DNA from: Polyangiaceae bacterium
Lineage (GTDB): Bacteria; Myxococcota_A; Polyangia; Polyangiales; Polyangiaceae
Assembly (NCBI GenBank): GCA_035063585.1
Contig: JAPSGB010000006.1
Location: 78,388-142,387, forward strand
DNA: 64,000 nucleotides
Reading direction: 5' to 3'
Position 1 is the first letter of the stretch, and each line of letters opens with the position of its first letter. The translations under genes and the position numbers were made by a program. This document shows, piece by piece, positions 30,922-43,754 of this stretch. The notes under the pieces are model-generated. The model did no database searches, was not told where the DNA came from, and saw only the letters and a list, made by a program, of their open reading frames with translations.

Positions 30922-31407
30922 ATGGTGGAAGAACCGGCGGCGGACGAGAAGGCTGCCCGTCTGGCGCTCTTGAACCAGGCGTTCGCGGACGGCATCCCGC
31001 ATAACCACGCGCTCGGGCTCCGCATCGTGGACTTCGCCGAGGGCAGCATGACCATGCTCCTGCCGTACGCCGCGCACCTGGTCGGAAACCCGGAGACGGG
31101 GGTGATGCACGGCGGCGCCATCACGGCGACCCTCGACGCCTGCGCGGGCGGGGCGGTGTACATGCGCCTCGGCGATCCGACCGGGATCGCGACGCTCGAC
31201 TTGCGGATCGACTACCTGAGGCCCGCGACGCCCGGGCGAGACGTCGTGTGCCGCGCGGAGTGCTACCGGACCACCAAGAACGTGGGCTTCGTTCGCGCGC
31301 TCGCCTACCACGAGCGCCCGGACGACCCCATCGCCGCCGCCGCCGGCGCGTTCATGATCTTCCCGAAGAGCGGGCGCTCGCTCCGCGAAGGCGAGGCCGC
31401 GCCATGA
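30922..31407 (+). CDS. PaaI-family hotdog thioesterase
   Basis: GNPETGVMHGGAITATLD, TLDLRIDYLRPA. Confidence 0.9.
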   Translation: MVEEPAADEKAARLALLNQAFADGIPHNHALGLRIVDFAEGSMTMLLPYAAHLVGNPETGVMHGGAITATLDACAGGAVYMRLGDPTGIATLDLRIDYLRPATPGRDVVCRAECYRTTKNVGFVRALAYHERPDDPIAAAAGAFMIFPKSGRSLREGEAAP

Positions 31408-31880
31408 CCCCCGTGGTCGCGCTCCTGCGTCACGCGAAGGAGGCGGGCGATTTTTCCGCCGTCGCAGCCGCGCTTCCCTACGCGCGCTGGCTCGGGATCG
31501 GCGCCGTCATGGTGGGTGGCGAGCCGCTCGGGAAGCTCACGTTCGCGCCGCACCTCATCGGCAACCCGCTCTTGCCCGCGCTCCACGGCGGCACCATCGG
31601 CGCGCTCCTCGAGTCGACCGCGATTTTCCAGCTCCTCTGGCAGGCCGAGACCCTCATCCTGCCGAAGACGATCAACCTGACGGTCGAGTATCTCCGCTCG
31701 GCGCGGCCCGCGGACACCTTCGCGCGAGCCGTCGTCACCAAGCAGGGCCGCCGCGTGGCCTCGGTGCGCGCAGAGGCGTGGCAAGACGACGAGCGCCGCC
31801 CGGTCGCCAGCGCCAACGCGCATTTTCTCATCGTGGCCGCCGATCCCGACGAGGGAGCGCACCGCGAGCCAGACGCCTGA
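31404..31880 (+). CDS. PaaI-family hotdog thioesterase
   Basis: IGNPLLPALHGGTIGALLE, TINLTVEYLR; ATGA overlap with the upstream gene. Confidence 0.9.
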   Translation: MTPVVALLRHAKEAGDFSAVAAALPYARWLGIGAVMVGGEPLGKLTFAPHLIGNPLLPALHGGTIGALLESTAIFQLLWQAETLILPKTINLTVEYLRSARPADTFARAVVTKQGRRVASVRAEAWQDDERRPVASANAHFLIVAADPDEGAHREPDA

Positions 31881-31972
31881 GCGCGCATCTCCGGCCACCG
31901 CCGGCGTTACGACGCGCCGCGGCATTCACGGAGCCTCGCCCCTCGCCGCGAGGCGTGTCCTATACTCGGAAA

Positions 31973-33214
31973 ATGTCCGCCGATAACGAAAACGAGAGCC
32001 TCGTCTACGACTGGAACGAAATCGCCCGCAAGGGTCGCATCATCCCGAAGACGGTCGAATTCCTCGACGAGACGCTGCGCGACGGGCTGCAGAACCCGTC
32101 GGTCACCGATCCCAAGATCGAAGACAAGCTGCGCCTGCTCCACCTCATGGACGACATCGGCATCCACGAGGCCGACATCGGGCTCCCCGGCAGCTCGAAG
32201 CGCGCCTTCGAGGACTGCCTCAGGATGTGCAAGGAGGTCACCGAGAGCAAGCTGAAGCTCAAGGTCACCGCCGCCGGTCGCACCGTCGCGAGCGACATCA
32301 CGCCGATGATCGAGCTCTCCCAGCGCGCAGGCATCCCGGTGCACGTCTACGCGTTCGTCGGCTCGAGCCCGATCCGGCAGCTCGCCGAGGACTGGGATCT
32401 CGAGCTCATCAAGCGGCGGAGCGCCGAGGCCATCGACGTCGCCGTGAAGGGCGGGCTCGAGGTCGCCTACGTCACGGAGGACACCACCCGCTCGCGCCCC
32501 GAGGTGCTCTCGGAGCTCTTCAAGCTGGTGGTCGATCACGGCGCTTCCCGCCTCTGCCTCTGCGACACCGTGGGGCATTCCACGCCGGACGGGGTACGAA
32601 ACCTGATCCAGTTCACGCGCAACATCATCGCGGGAATGGGCGCCACGGTGCAGATCGACTGGCACGGCCACAACGATCGCGGGCTCGGCCTCGCCAACGC
32701 CATCTACGCGCTCGAGTGGGGCGCCGATCGGGTGCACGGCTGCGCGCTCGGGATCGGCGAGCGCGTCGGCAACACGCCGATGGAGCTCCTCCTCTTGAAC
32801 CTGAAGCTGCTCGGCCTGCTCGAGCACCAAGATCTCACCCACTTGCTCGAGTACTGCCGGGTCGCCGCCGAGGCAGTCGGCTGGCAGATCCCGATCAACT
32901 ACCCGCTGGTCGGCCGCGACGCCTTCCGCACCGCGACCGGCGTCCACGCGGCGGCGATCATCAAGGCCAAGGCCAAGGGTGACGAGTGGCTCGCGGATCG
33001 CATCTACAGCGGCGTGCCGGCCGGGATGTTCGGCCGGCACCAGGAGATCTGCATCGGCTACATGTCCGGCGCGTCGAACGTGACCTACTGGCTCAAGGAG
33101 CGAAACCTCGAGCCGAACGAGCAGCTCGTGAAGGCCATCCTTGCCCGAGCCAAGGAGGCCGATCACATCCTCCACGACGACGAGGTGATGGCGGTGGTCC
33201 GCGCCGGCGGCTGA
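31973..33214 (+). CDS. LeuA-family (DRE-TIM) 2-alkylmalate synthase without C-terminal regulatory domain
   Basis: DETLRDGLQ, CDTVG, HGHNDRGLG, GIGERVGN, GVHA; 413 aa. Confidence 0.85.
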   Translation: MSADNENESLVYDWNEIARKGRIIPKTVEFLDETLRDGLQNPSVTDPKIEDKLRLLHLMDDIGIHEADIGLPGSSKRAFEDCLRMCKEVTESKLKLKVTAAGRTVASDITPMIELSQRAGIPVHVYAFVGSSPIRQLAEDWDLELIKRRSAEAIDVAVKGGLEVAYVTEDTTRSRPEVLSELFKLVVDHGASRLCLCDTVGHSTPDGVRNLIQFTRNIIAGMGATVQIDWHGHNDRGLGLANAIYALEWGADRVHGCALGIGERVGNTPMELLLLNLKLLGLLEHQDLTHLLEYCRVAAEAVGWQIPINYPLVGRDAFRTATGVHAAAIIKAKAKGDEWLADRIYSGVPAGMFGRHQEICIGYMSGASNVTYWLKERNLEPNEQLVKAILARAKEADHILHDDEVMAVVRAGG

Positions 33215-33310
33215 CGGCCACGCGGCGCGGGGATGGGGCGAGGCAGCGTGGTCACTCGAAATATCGACACCGAGGCGTCACACTCCGGGGCGGCCGCGCG
33301 ATCGAGGATC

Positions 33311-34294
33311 ATGCTGCTCCGCTGGGCGCTACCCCTCGCTCTCGCCGTCCTCGCCTGCGGGCGCGCGAGCGCGGAGGGCGCGCCCGCGCCGCGCTCGAGC
33401 GCGGCCCCGCCGCCGAACGCGACGGCGTCCGCGGGGTTCCGCGCCGCCCCGACACCCTCATCCCATCCCGCGCCCGCTCGGGCGAGCGCCGCCGCGCCGC
33501 GCGCGCTCGAGCGCTCCACATATCCGTGGCTCGACGACGCCTCGCTCGAGCACCCAGAACCCACCGAGACGCTCGAGGCGCGCTTCGCGCCACCGCCCGG
33601 CGGGAAACGAGTCCATGTGGAATCGGGGAGCTTCGCCGCGTGGCTCCGCGGGCTGCCGCTCGCGGCGGAGGGCACGCCGGTGAGAACCTATGACGGAAGC
33701 GTGCTCCACGAGGCGAGCGATCCACGCATCGCCGCGGTGGTGGCGCTCGACACCGGCTCCGCGGATCTCCAGCAGTGCGCCGACGCGGTGATGCGGCTCG
33801 ACGCCGAGTGGCGATGGTCGAAGGGCGCACGCGACATGAGCTACCGGGCCGCGTCGGGCGCGCTCTTGCCGTTCGCCCGCTGGGCGCGCGGCGAGCGGCT
33901 GGTCGCGCGCGGGCGCGACGTCGTCTGGCAGCCGCGGGCAGCGCCGAAGAGCGACCACGCCGCGCTCCGGAGCTACCTCGACGCGGTCTTCGCGTGGGCA
34001 AATACCGTGAGCCTCGAGCGCACGGCGAAGCCGGTCGCCGCGAAGGAGCTCCGGCCGGGCGACTTCTTCATCATGGGCGGCAACCCGGGTCACGCGGTCA
34101 TGGTGCTCGACGTAGCGGAGCTCCCGGATGGACGCCGCGTCGCGCTCCTCGGTCAGAGCTACATGCCCGCGCAGAGCTACCAGGTGCTCCGGAGCCGCGC
34201 GACGGGCGCGTGGTTCGTGCTCGATCCCGACCGCGACGTCGCCACGCCCTTCTGGAGACCGTTCCCCTGGAGCTCGCTCCGCCGCCTCGAGTGA
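33311..34294 (+). CDS. DUF4846-like lipoprotein
   Basis: Lipobox VLAC, FAAWLRGLPL, DLQQCADAVMRL, GNPGHAV, GQSYMPAQ. Confidence 0.8.
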   Translation: MLLRWALPLALAVLACGRASAEGAPAPRSSAAPPPNATASAGFRAAPTPSSHPAPARASAAAPRALERSTYPWLDDASLEHPEPTETLEARFAPPPGGKRVHVESGSFAAWLRGLPLAAEGTPVRTYDGSVLHEASDPRIAAVVALDTGSADLQQCADAVMRLDAEWRWSKGARDMSYRAASGALLPFARWARGERLVARGRDVVWQPRAAPKSDHAALRSYLDAVFAWANTVSLERTAKPVAAKELRPGDFFIMGGNPGHAVMVLDVAELPDGRRVALLGQSYMPAQSYQVLRSRATGAWFVLDPDRDVATPFWRPFPWSSLRRLE

Positions 34295-34399
34295 GGTCGG
34301 TCCGGCGCGGCCGGCGTCGCTGCGAGAGAATTCACGGAAAGTCGCGCGCTCGCGCGCCGACCCGGCGCGACGCGCGGAAGTCGACTAGATTCGCGCGCG

Positions 34400-35704
34400 A
34401 TGAAGCCGAGGCGTCCTCCCGCCGAGCCGCACGTCGAGCGGCGTGAGCGGCGCGCGCTCTCCCACGTCGGCGGCGAGATCGAGACCCGCGGCGACGAGAC
34501 GCTCGCGCGCGCGCTCGAGAGTGCCCTCGCCGTCGAGCCGGACGAGGCGAGCGTGATGGCGCACGTGCACGGGTTTCACAGCTACCCGGCGCGGCTCCAC
34601 CCCGAGACGGCGGCGCGGCTCGTCGCCGCGCTCTCCCCCGAGCGCGGGCGCGTGCTCGACCCCTTCTGCGGGAGCGGGACGGTGCTCGTGGAGGCGCGCC
34701 GGCTCGGCCGCCGCGCCATGGGGCTCGACGCGAACCCGCTCGCCGTCGAGCTCGCGTGGCTGAAGACCCGGGCGACCTCCCCGGCGCGCCGCGAGGCGCT
34801 GGTCGCGACGGCCCGCGCGTGCGCGGAGAGCGCAGACGAGCGCCGACGCGCCAAGGCCGGCCCGACGCGCCGCTACGAAGCGCTCGATCGGGACACCTTC
34901 GAGGTGCACGTGCTCCTCGAGCTCGACGGGCTCCGCTCCTCCATCGCGCGCGTCGAGGAGGAGGACGTGCGGCGCGCGCTCGGGCTCGCGCTCTCGGCCA
35001 TCCTCACCAAGGTGAGCCGGCGCCCCGGCGACACCACGGCCCGTCGCGAAGCGGGCCGCCGGATCGCGGCCGGCTACGCCATCCGGCTCTTCGTGAAGAA
35101 GACCGAGGAGCTCGCGCGACGACTGGAAGCGTACGCCGCGCTCCTCCCGCCGCGCTCGCCGGAGCCGCTGATCGTGCTCGGCGACGCGCGGCGGCTCCGC
35201 GAAGAGCGCGTCGATCTCGTGCTCTCGAGTCCGCCTTATCCAGGTGTATACGACTACGTGGAGCATCACGAGGCGCGGCTCAGGTGGCTCGGCTTCGACG
35301 CGAAGCGCTTCGCGCGAAATGAGATCGGCTCGCGCCGCGCCCTCCGCGGGCTCTCGTTCGAGCAGGCCGTGACGACCTGGCGGAGCGACTTCGGCGCCGT
35401 GCTCGACGGCATCGCGCGCGCGATTCGGCCGGGCGGCAAGGCGGCGCTCGTGATGGCGGACTCGGTGGTGGGCCGGCGCGCGCTCTTCGCCGACGATCTC
35501 ATGAACGTGCTCGCCCCGAGCCACGGGCTCAGGGTCGCAGCGCTCGGCAGCCAGGCGCGCCCGTACTTCCACCAGCCGACCGAGCGAGCCTTCGCGAAGC
35601 GGGCGCGCCGCGAGCACGTCGTCGTGCTCGTGAGCGCACCCGTGGAGCCCGAGAGCGGGCCGGGCCGCGCCTTGCGCGCCCGCCGGCCCGGCTCTAGCTC
35701 CTAG
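34400..35704 (+). CDS. Amino-DNA methyltransferase (probably N4-cytosine), no adjacent restriction enzyme
   Basis: [18 protein letters not shown] (motif I), SSPPY (motif IV) downstream of a variable region. Confidence 0.8.
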   Translation: MKPRRPPAEPHVERRERRALSHVGGEIETRGDETLARALESALAVEPDEASVMAHVHGFHSYPARLHPETAARLVAALSPERGRVLDPFCGSGTVLVEARRLGRRAMGLDANPLAVELAWLKTRATSPARREALVATARACAESADERRRAKAGPTRRYEALDRDTFEVHVLLELDGLRSSIARVEEEDVRRALGLALSAILTKVSRRPGDTTARREAGRRIAAGYAIRLFVKKTEELARRLEAYAALLPPRSPEPLIVLGDARRLREERVDLVLSSPPYPGVYDYVEHHEARLRWLGFDAKRFARNEIGSRRALRGLSFEQAVTTWRSDFGAVLDGIARAIRPGGKAALVMADSVVGRRALFADDLMNVLAPSHGLRVAALGSQARPYFHQPTERAFAKRARREHVVVLVSAPVEPESGPGRALRARRPGSSS

Positions 35705-35706
35705 CG

Positions 35707-38700
35707 ATGCCCGCGCACCAGAATCGACTCGCCGGCGAGACCAGCCCGTACCTCCTGCAGCACGCAAGCAACCCGGTCGATTGGTATCCGTGGGGGCCGG
35801 AAGCGCTCGAGCGGGCCAAGCGAGAAGACAAGCCGATCCTGCTCAGCATCGGCTACTCGGCCTGCCACTGGTGCCACGTGATGGAGCGCGAGAGCTTCGA
35901 GGACGAGGGTATCGCCGCGCTCATGAACGCGCACTTCGTGTGCATCAAGGTCGACCGCGAGGAGCGCCCGGATCTCGACGACATCTACATGGCCGCCACG
36001 GTGGCGATCAGTGGCAGCGGGGGCTGGCCGATGACCGTGTTCCTGACGCCCGACCACGAGGCGTTCTTCGCCGGCACCTACTTCCCGCCCACCGACAAGT
36101 ACGGGCGCCCGGGGTTCACCACGGTGCTCACCCGCATCGCCGATCTCTGGTCGACCGGGCGCGAGCGCCTCCTCGCGCAAGCGAGCGAGCTTACTCGCCA
36201 CCTGCGCGACCAAGCGCGGGTCACCGCGCCGGCGCCGGTCGGCGCGAGCGCCATCGAGGCCGCAGTCCGCCAGCTCGCGCGCGATTTCGAGCCGCGCTTC
36301 GGCGGCTTCTCGTCGGCACCGAAATTCCCCGCGCCCGCCGCGCTCTCGCTCCTGCTCAGGAGCTACTCGCGCTCCGGCGACGCCGAGACGCTGCGGATGG
36401 TCACGGTCACCCTCGACGGAATGAAGAACGGGGGGCTCTACGATCAAATCGGCGGCGGTTTTGCGCGCTACAGCACCGACGAGCGCTGGCTCGTGCCGCA
36501 CTTCGAGAAGATGCTCCCCGACAACGCCGGCCTCGCGCGAGCCTACCTCGAGGCATACCAGGTGACCGGCGACGGCGAGTATCGCCGCATCGCGAGCGAG
36601 ACGCTCGACTACGTGCTCCGCGAGATGCAAGGCGACGAGGGCGGCTATTTCTCCGCCACCGACGCCGACAGCGAGGGCGTCGAGGGGAAGTTCTTCGTCT
36701 GGAACCCGGAGCAGCTCACGCGCGTGCTCGGGGCCGAGGCGGCCGCCCGGTTCGGGGCTTATTATGACATATCTGAGGGTGGCAACTGGGAGGGCATGAG
36801 TATCCCGAGCACCCCGCGCCCCGAGCCGGCCGAGGCGCGCGCCCTCGATGAGGCGAGGAGATTGGTCTACGCGGCGCGGAGAGAGCGCGTCCCGCCGCTC
36901 CTCGACGACAAGGTGCTCACGAGCTGGAACGCGCTGATGATCGGCGCCATGAGCGAGGGCGCGCGGGTGCTCGGGGATGCCCGCTATCGAGTGAGCGCGG
37001 AGCGCGCGGCCGGCTTCGTGCTCTCGCGGCTCCGCCGGCCCGACGGCGGACTCTACCGCACCGCGCGCGCGGGGAAGGCGCACCTCGACGGGTACCTGGA
37101 GGACTACGCCTATCTCGCCGACGCTCTCGTCGATCTCTATGAGTGCGGTGGGAGCGCGGAGTACTTGAGCGAGGCGCTCCGGCTCGCCGAGCGCGCGCTA
37201 CGCGACTTCGGCGAGCCGGCGGGCGGCGCGTTCTATCACACGGCGCACGGACACGAGGCGCTCCTGGTACGCACCCGCGAAGGGCAAGATGGCGCGCAGC
37301 CGAGCCCGAACGCGGTCGCGGCCCGCGCGCTCGCGCGGCTCGCGGCGCATTTCGACCGCGCCGACCTGCGAGAGCGCGCGCTCGGCGCGGTGCGCGCCTA
37401 CGGCGCGCTCATCGAGCGGCACCCGCGCGCCTTCGCGACTGCGCTGGGCGTGGTGGATTTCTTGGAAGGCGCCCCGGTGGAGCTCGCGTTCATCGGAGCG
37501 CCCGTCGCGCTCGAGCGTGAAGTCGCGAAGCACTTCTTGCCCAATCGGCTCATCGCCCATGGGCCGGGCACGCTGCCGCTGCTCGAAGGAAAGACCGCCC
37601 CCGGGCTCTATGTGTGCCGGAACTTCGTCTGCGAAGCGCCCATCACGGAGCCCGGCGCGGTCGCCGGAGCGCTCGCCCCGGGCGCGGCGAGCCCGCGCGC
37701 GCCGCGCCCCGAGCGGCTCGCGGGCGCCGCGACGCCGGAGGGCACCCGCTCGATCGCCGCGCGGCACGCGATGCTCGGCTACGCCCCGCTCGGGCGCACC
37801 GGGCTCACGGCGAGCCGCTTCGGCTTTGGCGGGTACCGGATCGATGACGGCGACGGCGAGCATCGCGCCGCCCTGACGAGCGCGCTCCGCGGGGGCGTCA
37901 ACCTGCTCGACACCTCCAGCAACTACACCGGAGGGCGGAGCGAGCGCCTCATCGGACAGGTCCTCGGCGCGCTCACGAGGAGCGGAGAGCTCGCGCGCGA
38001 GGAGGTCATCGTCGTCTCCAAGATCGGCTACGTCGAGGGCGAAGATCTCGCGTTCATGAGGCAGCACGAGCTCCCCGAGACGGTGAAGCTCGGGGAGCAG
38101 CACTGGCACTCGATCCACCCCGACTGGCTCGCGCGGCAGCTCGGCCGCTCGCTCGAACGTCTCGAACTCGAGACGCTCGACGTCTGCCTCTTGCACAACC
38201 CGGAGTACCTCTTCGAGGTCGGCGCGCCGAGTCGAGACGAATACTACGGGCGCCTGGAGCGCGCGTTCGCTCACCTCGAGCGCGAGGTTGCGCGGGGCCG
38301 GCTCCGCGCCTACGGCGTGTCGAGCAACACGGCCGGTCTCCCCGAGACGCACCCGCGCGCGACCTCGCTCCCGCGGCTGCTCGAGGCGGCGCGCCGTGCC
38401 GGAGGCGCGGCGCATCACCTCCGCGTGCTCGAGCTTCCCTTGAACCTGCTCGAGCCGAGCGCTGCGCTCGCGCGCGACCGCGCCGGCGAGACGGTGCTCG
38501 ACTGCGCGGCGCGGGAGGGCGTGGCCGTGCTGGTGAACCGGCCGCTCAACGCCATCGTCGATGGCCGGCTGGTGCGGCTGGCCGAGCCACCCGCGCTCGA
38601 TCGAGCGCCGCCGCTCGCGGACGGCCTCGACGCCGTCGCCGAGCTCGAGCGTGAGTTCGCCCGCGAGCTCGCGCCGCAGGTCCCGAGCGCCCGGGGAGAG

Positions 38701-39183
38701 CCGCCGGCGTCCGAGCTCTTCACCTGGGCGGCCCGCCTGCGGAAGGCCAGCGAGTCGCTCACGAGCCTGGGGTCGTGGCGTGAGCTCGAGGGGCGCGTGA
38801 TCGCGCCGCGGATCTCCCAGGCATTCAGGCGGCTCGACGCGCGCCTCACGGGCGAGTCCGCCGAGCGGTGGCGCGACTGGCGCGGCCGCTACCTCCGACG
38901 GCTCGATGACCTCATGGCGTCGCTCGGCGCGCTGGCGGCGGAGCGCAGCCGGGAGGAGCTGCGTCGGCTCGCGCGCGCACTCGACCCGCTCTTGCCGGAG
39001 TCGCGTCGCGCGGAACCGTTCGTTCGCAAGGCGCTCTGGGCGCTCGCGAGCCTGCCCGGCGTGAGCGCGGTGCTGGTCGGCATGCGCCACCCGAGCTACG
39101 TCGCCGACGCGCTCGAGGTGATGCGGTGGGGCGCGCTCGAGGGAGCGACGCAGGCCTTCTCGTCGACCGGGCGTGAGGCGTAG
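35707..39183 (+). CDS. YyaL/SPATA20 (DUF255 thioredoxin plus alpha/alpha toroid) fused to an aldo/keto reductase
   Basis: [42 protein letters not shown]; then LGRTG, LDTSSNY, SKIG, LLHNPE. Confidence 0.9.
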   Translation: MPAHQNRLAGETSPYLLQHASNPVDWYPWGPEALERAKREDKPILLSIGYSACHWCHVMERESFEDEGIAALMNAHFVCIKVDREERPDLDDIYMAATVAISGSGGWPMTVFLTPDHEAFFAGTYFPPTDKYGRPGFTTVLTRIADLWSTGRERLLAQASELTRHLRDQARVTAPAPVGASAIEAAVRQLARDFEPRFGGFSSAPKFPAPAALSLLLRSYSRSGDAETLRMVTVTLDGMKNGGLYDQIGGGFARYSTDERWLVPHFEKMLPDNAGLARAYLEAYQVTGDGEYRRIASETLDYVLREMQGDEGGYFSATDADSEGVEGKFFVWNPEQLTRVLGAEAAARFGAYYDISEGGNWEGMSIPSTPRPEPAEARALDEARRLVYAARRERVPPLLDDKVLTSWNALMIGAMSEGARVLGDARYRVSAERAAGFVLSRLRRPDGGLYRTARAGKAHLDGYLEDYAYLADALVDLYECGGSAEYLSEALRLAERALRDFGEPAGGAFYHTAHGHEALLVRTREGQDGAQPSPNAVAARALARLAAHFDRADLRERALGAVRAYGALIERHPRAFATALGVVDFLEGAPVELAFIGAPVALEREVAKHFLPNRLIAHGPGTLPLLEGKTAPGLYVCRNFVCEAPITEPGAVAGALAPGAASPRAPRPERLAGAATPEGTRSIAARHAMLGYAPLGRTGLTASRFGFGGYRIDDGDGEHRAALTSALRGGVNLLDTSSNYTGGRSERLIGQVLGALTRSGELAREEVIVVSKIGYVEGEDLAFMRQHELPETVKLGEQHWHSIHPDWLARQLGRSLERLELETLDVCLLHNPEYLFEVGAPSRDEYYGRLERAFAHLEREVARGRLRAYGVSSNTAGLPETHPRATSLPRLLEAARRAGGAAHHLRVLELPLNLLEPSAALARDRAGETVLDCAAREGVAVLVNRPLNAIVDGRLVRLAEPPALDRAPPLADGLDAVAELEREFARELAPQVPSARGEPPASELFTWAARLRKASESLTSLGSWRELEGRVIAPRISQAFRRLDARLTGESAERWRDWRGRYLRRLDDLMASLGALAAERSREELRRLARALDPLLPESRRAEPFVRKALWALASLPGVSAVLVGMRHPSYVADALEVMRWGALEGATQAFSSTGREA

Positions 39184-39199
39184 AGTCTCGGGGCGAGCC

Positions 39200-40333
39200 A
39201 TGAGGACCACCGATCGGCCGTCCGTCGCCCTGCTCCACCGCCCCAAGCGGATGCGCCGCCACACCGCGCCGGGCGCGCCACCGGGCACGCTCGCATCTCC
39301 CCCCGGCGCCGAGGCCCCCACGGTCCGAGTGATCTCCTACGGCGAGTCGAGGATGCTCGAGCGCACGCTCGACACGCCCGAGGAGCTCGCGCCGATGCTC
39401 GACGAGTTCCCCGTCACCTGGATCGACGTCGACGGGCTCGGCGACGTCGGCGTCATCACCAAGCTCGCCGCCGTGCTCCACCTCCACCCGCTCGCGCTCG
39501 AGGACGTGCTCTCGAGCCACCAGCGCTCGAAGGTAGAGCAGTACGAGAATTATCGCTACATCGTCATACGCATGGCGTCGATGAAGGACGGCGCGCTCGT
39601 CACCGAGCAGCTCAACCTCTTCCACGGCGCGAACTTCGTCGCCACCTTCCAGGAGCAGCCGGGCGGGGACTGCTTCGGCCCGATCCGCCAGCGGATCCGC
39701 CAGGGTGGGAGCCGGGTCCGGAGCGCGGGCGCGGACTATCTCATGTACGCGCTCATCGACGCGGTCATCGACAACTATTTTCCGCTCATCGAGAAGAACG
39801 GCGACCTCCTCGAAGAGCTCGAGATCGAGGTCATCGAGGCGCCAGCCAAGACCACGCCGGCGAAGATCCTCGGCGCGCGCCATGATCTCATGCAATTTCG
39901 CCGCGCGATTTGGCCGCTCCGCGAGGCGCTGAACACACTCCTGCACGACGAGACGAAGCTCATCGCGGCCGAGACGCGAGTCTACCTCCGCGACTGCTAC
40001 GACCATGTCATCCAGCTCATCGACATGGTCGAGACCTATCGCGAGGTCGCCGGCGGGCTCATGGACGTCTATCTGTCGAGCGTCTCGAACCGGATGAACG
40101 AGGTGATGAAGGTCCTCACCGTGATCGCGACGATCTTCATCCCCCTCTCGTTCGTGGCGAGCCTCTATGGGATGAATTTCGATGCCGGCGTCTCCTCATG
40201 GAATATGCCCGAGCTCAGGTGGCGGTACGGCTATCCCTTCGCGCTCGGCTTGATGGCCGCGATCATGCTCGGCCTGCTCGGCTATTTTTGGAAGAAGGGG
40301 TGGCTCGGCGACGGCGCTCCGCGCGACCGGTGA
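39200..40333 (+). CDS. corA: Magnesium/cobalt transporter CorA
   Basis: LHPLALED, QRSKVE, RMNEVMKVLT, YGMNF, MPEL. Confidence 0.95.
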   Translation: MRTTDRPSVALLHRPKRMRRHTAPGAPPGTLASPPGAEAPTVRVISYGESRMLERTLDTPEELAPMLDEFPVTWIDVDGLGDVGVITKLAAVLHLHPLALEDVLSSHQRSKVEQYENYRYIVIRMASMKDGALVTEQLNLFHGANFVATFQEQPGGDCFGPIRQRIRQGGSRVRSAGADYLMYALIDAVIDNYFPLIEKNGDLLEELEIEVIEAPAKTTPAKILGARHDLMQFRRAIWPLREALNTLLHDETKLIAAETRVYLRDCYDHVIQLIDMVETYREVAGGLMDVYLSSVSNRMNEVMKVLTVIATIFIPLSFVASLYGMNFDAGVSSWNMPELRWRYGYPFALGLMAAIMLGLLGYFWKKGWLGDGAPRDR

Positions 40334-40351
40334 GCGACGAGGAGGGCTCGC

Positions 40352-40798
40352 TCATCTGCCGAGCAGGGAGTCGAGCACGACGCGGGCCTCGGCCGGCGCG
40401 TCCGCGATGACGACCCCGATGAGCGCGCCGTCCCGCCGCTCGTACGCGCCGCGCTCTTTCTCGAGCTCGACCTCCCAGAACTCGTCGGGCGGGACGTAGA
40501 CGGTCACGGTCACGCTCGTGCCGACCTTGGTCGCTCCGGCGAGGACGGTGCGCTTGCCGTCGCTCGACACCTCGCTCGCCATGGTCACCCGCCAGCCGCC
40601 TCGAGCGAGCGCGGCCGCCAACTCATCCTTGCTGAGCCTCGAGAGCGGCGAGGCGAGGCGGCCGGCGCGGAAGGCGGCGCGTTCGGCGGGCGCGGCGGCC
40701 GGCGGCGGGTTCTCGGTGATCCCGCTGCGTGTCGAGCGGCGGCACGCGGCGCTCGACGCGAGGCTCGCGAGCATGAAGATCATGAGCGCGCGTCTCAT
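40352..40798 (-). CDS. Hypothetical lipoprotein
   Basis: MRRALMIFMLASLASSAAC lipoprotein-like signal; 148 aa. Confidence 0.6.
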   Translation of the reverse strand: MRRALMIFMLASLASSAACRRSTRSGITENPPPAAAPAERAAFRAGRLASPLSRLSKDELAAALARGGWRVTMASEVSSDGKRTVLAGATKVGTSVTVTVYVPPDEFWEVELEKERGAYERRDGALIGVVIADAPAEARVVLDSLLGR

Positions 40799-40969
40799 GC
40801 GAAATTCCCTTCGGAGCCTGCCACGGAGCGACCGCCCACGCTGGCGCCGCGCGCAAGCGAGCTTGCCGCGCTGCACCTTGCAAGACACTGACGCATCGCG
40901 TAGGAGGCCTGAGGGGCGGTTACGCGCCGCCCCGACATCCCCTCTCGAACCTCTCGGAGTCCGCTCGAG

Positions 40970-43069
<2,100 letters not shown>

Positions 43070-43196
43070 GCGACGAGCGGGCCGCTCAGCCGCCGGGCGC
43101 GCGGCACGCCGGCGTCGCGCCGGCCCCGGCCCCGGGCGCGCCGGGCCGCGCTGGGCCGCGCTGGAAAAATTCCCGACGACCGTGTAGCGTCCTCGC

Positions 43197-43754
43197 ATGA
43201 AGATCGAGACCGCGACCATCCGACGCTTGCGAGACGCCTTGCTACAGAGCGGCCGCCGTCCGAGCACGGTGCTGTCGAGCGCCTACGAGACGCTCGCGCG
43301 GGCCGGCATGCTGAGCCCCGAAGAGAGCCTGGCGCTGAACCGCGTCGATCCTCTGGCCGAGACGATGTTCCTCATGATGTCGGCGGACGGCAAGGTCGAG
43401 GAGGCCGAGCTCGACGCGATCCGCGGCGCGATCCGCGGCCTCACCGACAACCTGCTCCGCAGCGGCACCATCAACGTGATGCTGGAGAACTACGCGGCGC
43501 GCCTCGCCGAGCAGGGCAGAGACGCCCGCCTCCAGGAGATCGCGGAGGAAGTCGCGGAGGAGCCCTCCGAGGCGGAGGGCGCGTTCGCGCTCGCCGCGGC
43601 AGTCGCGCTCGCCGACGACGAGATCGCCGATGAAGAGAACGAGCTCATCAACCAGCTCGCGGAGTGGTTCGGCATCGCCGAGGAGCGCACGAACGAGATC
43701 CTCGATCAGCTCGAGGAAGACGGCGACGACGAGGACGGCCTCGAAGACGAGTAG
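43197..43754 (+). CDS. TerB-family protein
   Basis: [11 protein letters not shown] and [11 protein letters not shown] paired acidic motifs. Confidence 0.8.
   Translation: MKIETATIRRLRDALLQSGRRPSTVLSSAYETLARAGMLSPEESLALNRVDPLAETMFLMMSADGKVEEAELDAIRGAIRGLTDNLLRSGTINVMLENYAARLAEQGRDARLQEIAEEVAEEPSEAEGAFALAAAVALADDEIADEENELINQLAEWFGIAEERTNEILDQLEEDGDDEDGLEDE

Noticed and set aside
15068..35704. queD plus DNA methyltransferase as a 7-deazaguanine (dpd) DNA-modification system
   Set aside because: The genes are 19 kb apart, and no dpdA/tgt, queC, queE or folE is in the window.
40799..40969. Possible Na+ or other riboswitch upstream of hppA
   Set aside because: Only generic GC-rich hairpins; I recognise no conserved aptamer nucleotides.
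43197..43754. TerB as part of a ter stress or defence island
   Set aside because: No terC, terD or terZ neighbours; a single gene among housekeeping genes.
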